Assembly (NCBI GenBank): GCA_040400605.1
Contig: JBBAPZ010000040.1
Coordinates: 1-11,102 of the forward strand
From: Candidatus Sericytochromatia bacterium
GTDB lineage: Bacteria > Cyanobacteriota > Sericytochromatia > S15B-MN24 > JAQBPE01
Reading direction: 5' to 3'
DNA length: 11,102 nt
Positions 7,780 through 11,102 of the stretch are shown here, piece after piece (position 1 is the first letter of the stretch; every line of letters starts with the position of its first letter). Under the pieces are notes generated by a model. It was given only the letters and a program-made list of their open reading frames with translations, did not search any database and was not told the origin of the DNA. A program made the translations under genes and the position numbers.

Positions 7780-10700
7780 GCAGACAAAGCCCATTGCGGA
7801 GTCGAAGAACTTCATCGTTCTCGACAAATACACCAGCGATTGGGCCGCTGCTGATCACTACCAAAGCGAGGCCGAGCTTGAGCGCGAACTTATCAAGGAC
7901 CTGAGCAATCAGGGCTATGAGTTTCTCCCCGCGCTAACTTCACCCGAAACCATGCTGGCCAATGTGCGCGTGCGGCTGGAAGACCTCAACAGCGTCCACT
8001 TTTCCGATGAGGAATGGCAGCGCTTTGTCAGCACCTATCTGGACAATCCAAGCGACGGTATCATCGACAAGACCCGCAAGGTCCACGATGACTACATCCA
8101 CGATTTCGTCTTCGATGATGGCCGCATCCAGAACATCACCCTTTTCGACAAGGCCAATATCGCCCGCAACAGGCTGCAAGTGATAAAGCAGTTTGAGCAG
8201 GTCGGACTACACGCCAATCGCTATGATGTGACGATCCTCGTCAACGGCCTGCCATTGGTGCAGATTGAGGTTAAAAAGCGTGGTGTCGCCATTCGCGAGG
8301 CGTTCAACCAGATACACCGCTACAGCAAAGAGAGCTTCAACAGCGACAATTCGCTTTACAAATTTCTCCAGCTCTTTGTGATATCGAATGGCACCGATAC
8401 GCGCTATTTTGCCAATACGACCAAGCGCAACAAAAACAGCTTCGACTTCACCATGAACTGGGCGAAAGCGGACAACGGGCTGATCAAGGACCTGAAGGAC
8501 TTCACCGCCACGTTCCTTGAGAAGCGCACGCTATTGAACGTGCTGCTGCATTATTCGGTCTTTGACGTGAGCGATACGCTGCTGGTGATGCGCCCCTATC
8601 AGATTGCCGCAACCGAGCGCATCCTTTGGAAGATCAAAAGCTCCTACAACGCGAAGACGTGGAGCAAGCCGGAAAGCGGCGGCTTCATTTGGCACACGAC
8701 AGGATCAGGCAAGACGCTGACCAGCTTCAAGGCAGCGCGGCTGGCAACCGAGTTGGACTTCATCGACAAGGTGTTCTTCGTGGTCGACCGCAAGGACCTC
8801 GATTATCAGACGATGAAGGAATATCAGCGCTTCTCGCCCGATAGCGTCAATGGCTCTGAAAATACGGCTGCGCTAAAGCGCAATCTGGCAAAGAACGATA
8901 ACAAGATTGTCGTGACCACGATCCAGAAGCTGAACAACCTGATGAAAAGCGAAGGCGACCTGCCCGTCTATGGCCAGCAGGTGGTCTTCATTTTTGACGA
9001 ATGCCACCGCAGCCAGTTTGGTGAGGCGCAGGCAAACCTCAAACGGAAATTCAAGCGGTTCTATCAGTTTGGCTTTACCGGCACGCCTATCTTTCCTCAG
9101 AACGCCTCAGGATCAGAGACGACCGCGAGCGTGTTTGGCACGGAGCTGCATTCCTATGTCATCACCGACGCCATCCGCGATGAGAAGGTGCTGAAGTTCA
9201 AAGTCGATTACAACGACGTGAGGCCGAAGTTCAGAGCCATTGAAATGGAGCAGGATGACGCCAAGCTCAGCGCTGCTGAGAACAGGAAGGCCTTGCTGCA
9301 CCCTGAGCGGATCAAGGAGGTTTCGCAGTATATTCTGACCAATTTTCGCCAGAAGACGCACCGGATGAATCCCGGAGGGCGGGGTTTCAACGCGATGTTT
9401 GCGGTCAGTAGTGTCGATGCCGCAAAGCTCTATTACGAGAAATTGAGGAAGCTCCAGGATGGCAGCGAAAAGCCGATAAAAATCGCGACCATATTCTCAT
9501 TTGCGGCAAACGAAGAGCAGGAGGCTATTGGCGACATTCGCGATGAAAGCTTCGATGTTTCGGCAATGGATAGCACTGGGAAGGAGTTCCTGAACGCTGT
9601 CATCCGCGACTACAACGCGATGTTCGGAACAAGCTTCAGCACGGACGGAAATGGCTTCCAGAACTATTATCGCGATCTCGCTAATCGCGTAAAATCGCAG
9701 GAAGTTGACCTGCTAATAGTTGTTGGCATGTTTCTGACCGGTTTTGATGCGCCTTCGCTCAACACGCTCTTCGTTGACAAGAATTTGCGCTATCATGGGC
9801 TGATTCAGGCCTATTCGCGCACCAATCGCATTTTCGATGCAACTAAGACCTTTGGCAATATTGTAGCGTTTCGCGATCTTGAGCAGGCGACCATTGATGC
9901 GGTCACATTGTTTGGTGAGAGCAACACCAAGAATGTAGTGCTAGAGAAGAGCTTCAGGGAATATATGGAAGGCTTCTCTGACATTACATCCGGGGCGGCC
10001 AGCCGGGGCTTCAAAACAATTTTAGCCGAGCTTGAGCAGCGCTTCCCTGATCCGAGCGAGATCGTGAAGGAAGCCGATAAGAAGGATTTTGCAAAGCTTT
10101 TCGGCGAGTTTCTCAAGGCAGAGAACGTACTTCAGAACTTTGATGAGTATGTCGCGCTAAAAGCGCTACAGGGCTTGAATCAAGGCGTCCGAGAGGAGGT
10201 TGAGGCTTTCAAAGCTCAACATCACCTAGAGGATGATCAAGTTGAAGAGCTGGCTTCGGTATCGCTCCCAGCCGAGCGCAAAATCCAAGACTACAAGTCG
10301 ACTTACAACGACATTCGCGATTGGTTGCGCCGAGAGAAGGCTGCTGGTGAAAGCGATGCGTCGACGCTCGACTGGGACGATGTGGTTTTCGAAGTCGACC
10401 TCTTGAAGTCTCAGGAGATTAATCTTGACTATATTCTCGAACTCATATTCGCAAAGAATCGTAACACGAAAGATAAGAGTGATCTGATTGAGGAGGCCCG
10501 GCGTGTCATCCGAGCGAGCGTTAGCAATCGGGCAAAAGAAAGCCTCATCGTCGACTTTATTAATCGGACTAACCTTGATGATATTGACGGCAAAGCCGGT
10601 ATGATTGAAGCTTTCTTTGCATTTGCACAGGAAGAGCAACGGCGCGAGTTTGAGGAACTGGTCGCACAGGAAAATCTTAATCCAGCAGCAGCCAAGCGCT

Positions 10701-10873
10701 ATATCACAAATTCGATCAAGCGTGAGTTCGCGACTGACAATGGGAATGAACTGAATGACGTGCTTCCGAAGATGAGTCCATTAAACCCAGCTTACCTTAC
10801 AAAGAAAAGCTCGGTATTCCTTCGCATGTCGGATTTTGTTACGAAATTCATGGGTGTAGGCGGCCAAATTTGA
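7772..10873 (+). CDS. hsdR: Type I restriction endonuclease/translocase subunit, EcoR124I family (1033 aa)
   Basis: Nuclease RYD...QIEVK and QIHRY, Walker [13 protein letters not shown] box and motif [13 protein letters not shown] 7772 with upstream AGGAAG overlaps the prrC stop and is preferred over 7751. Confidence 0.97.
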   Translation: MVEQTKPIAESKNFIVLDKYTSDWAAADHYQSEAELERELIKDLSNQGYEFLPALTSPETMLANVRVRLEDLNSVHFSDEEWQRFVSTYLDNPSDGIIDKTRKVHDDYIHDFVFDDGRIQNITLFDKANIARNRLQVIKQFEQVGLHANRYDVTILVNGLPLVQIEVKKRGVAIREAFNQIHRYSKESFNSDNSLYKFLQLFVISNGTDTRYFANTTKRNKNSFDFTMNWAKADNGLIKDLKDFTATFLEKRTLLNVLLHYSVFDVSDTLLVMRPYQIAATERILWKIKSSYNAKTWSKPESGGFIWHTTGSGKTLTSFKAARLATELDFIDKVFFVVDRKDLDYQTMKEYQRFSPDSVNGSENTAALKRNLAKNDNKIVVTTIQKLNNLMKSEGDLPVYGQQVVFIFDECHRSQFGEAQANLKRKFKRFYQFGFTGTPIFPQNASGSETTASVFGTELHSYVITDAIRDEKVLKFKVDYNDVRPKFRAIEMEQDDAKLSAAENRKALLHPERIKEVSQYILTNFRQKTHRMNPGGRGFNAMFAVSSVDAAKLYYEKLRKLQDGSEKPIKIATIFSFAANEEQEAIGDIRDESFDVSAMDSTGKEFLNAVIRDYNAMFGTSFSTDGNGFQNYYRDLANRVKSQEVDLLIVVGMFLTGFDAPSLNTLFVDKNLRYHGLIQAYSRTNRIFDATKTFGNIVAFRDLEQATIDAVTLFGESNTKNVVLEKSFREYMEGFSDITSGAASRGFKTILAELEQRFPDPSEIVKEADKKDFAKLFGEFLKAENVLQNFDEYVALKALQGLNQGVREEVEAFKAQHHLEDDQVEELASVSLPAERKIQDYKSTYNDIRDWLRREKAAGESDASTLDWDDVVFEVDLLKSQEINLDYILELIFAKNRNTKDKSDLIEEARRVIRASVSNRAKESLIVDFINRTNLDDIDGKAGMIEAFFAFAQEEQRREFEELVAQENLNPAAAKRYITNSIKREFATDNGNELNDVLPKMSPLNPAYLTKKSSVFLRMSDFVTKFMGVGGQI

Positions 10874-10885
10874 CGACAGCCGCAA

Positions 10886-10934
10886 GCCGTTTACGCGGCA
10901 AATCACAGTATTCTTTGATGCCGCAAACTACGGC
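10886..10934. other. Imperfect hairpin just after hsdR (possible terminator or mRNA 3' stabiliser)
   Basis: gccgt/acggc, gcggca/tgccgc and tca/tga form nested inverted repeats. No clear U-tract follows. Confidence 0.4.
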
Positions 10935-10953
10935 CGGACATGAGACACGCCAA

Positions 10954-10977
10954 AAAAGTGTGGGGTAAATTGTGGGG
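10954..10977 (+). repeat. TGTGGGG box pair, putative integrase arm-type sites (right end)
   Basis: TGTGGGG at 10959-10965 and 10971-10977. AAAAGTGTGGGG (10954-10965) is identical to 230-241. Confidence 0.75.
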
Positions 10978-11029
10978 TAGAATTTTTTGATTATCAAAAT
11001 AATGTTATAAAACAATAAAATAGATAGAA

Positions 11030-11053
11030 GGTTCTATTCAAGCCCTGCCACCA
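11030..11053 (+). repeat. attR: damaged copy of the tRNA-Tyr 3' end
   Basis: GGTTCTATTCAAGCCCTG-CCACCA versus GGTTCGAATCCAGCCCTGTCCACCA: 3 mismatches and a 1-bp deletion. Confidence 0.85.
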
Positions 11054-11102
11054 TTTTCCCTTATACGCATATGATATCTCTGCGTTTTGCGTCGGGTACG
11101 CA

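Larger units (their letters stand above)
28..11053 (+). mobile_element. Integrative genomic (defence) island inserted in the tRNA-Tyr 3' end
   Basis: P4-like integrase next to the tRNA, imperfect direct repeat of the tRNA 3' end at 11030-11053, shared TGTGGGG boxes inside both ends, excisionase-like gene and R-M/PrrC cargo. Confidence 0.92.

Noticed and set aside
11065..11102. acgca/tgcgt inverted repeats as the original tRNA terminator
   Set aside because: Only 5-bp stems, a weak T-tract, and truncated by the window edge.

Overview
The window holds one apparently complete ~11 kb integrative defence island, probably from an alphaproteobacterium (inferred from the tRNA and integrase style). 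It is inserted at the 3' end of a tRNA-Tyr(GTA) gene (1-52) and bounded on the right by a damaged copy of that tRNA 3' end (11030-11053). All credible genes are on the + strand, in this order: a P4-type tyrosine integrase; an acidic hypothetical protein; a 55-aa excisionase-like HTH gene missing from the ORF track; an HTH/Zn-ribbon protein coupled to a second tyrosine recombinase with a full catalytic set; and a type IC (EcoR124I/EcoprrI-like) hsdM-hsdS-prrC-hsdR operon. Notable points: HsdS is a clean half-size, single-TRD subunit, predicted to homodimerise on a palindromic site while guarding a PrrC anticodon nuclease. The HTH-Zn ribbon + second recombinase module has no visible substrate. 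The att architecture is readable (TGTGGGG arm-type boxes at both ends; 10-bp phased repeats at attL and upstream of the excisionase gene). No replication, conjugation or packaging genes are visible. Comparisons with E. coli proteins are from memory, not from a search.
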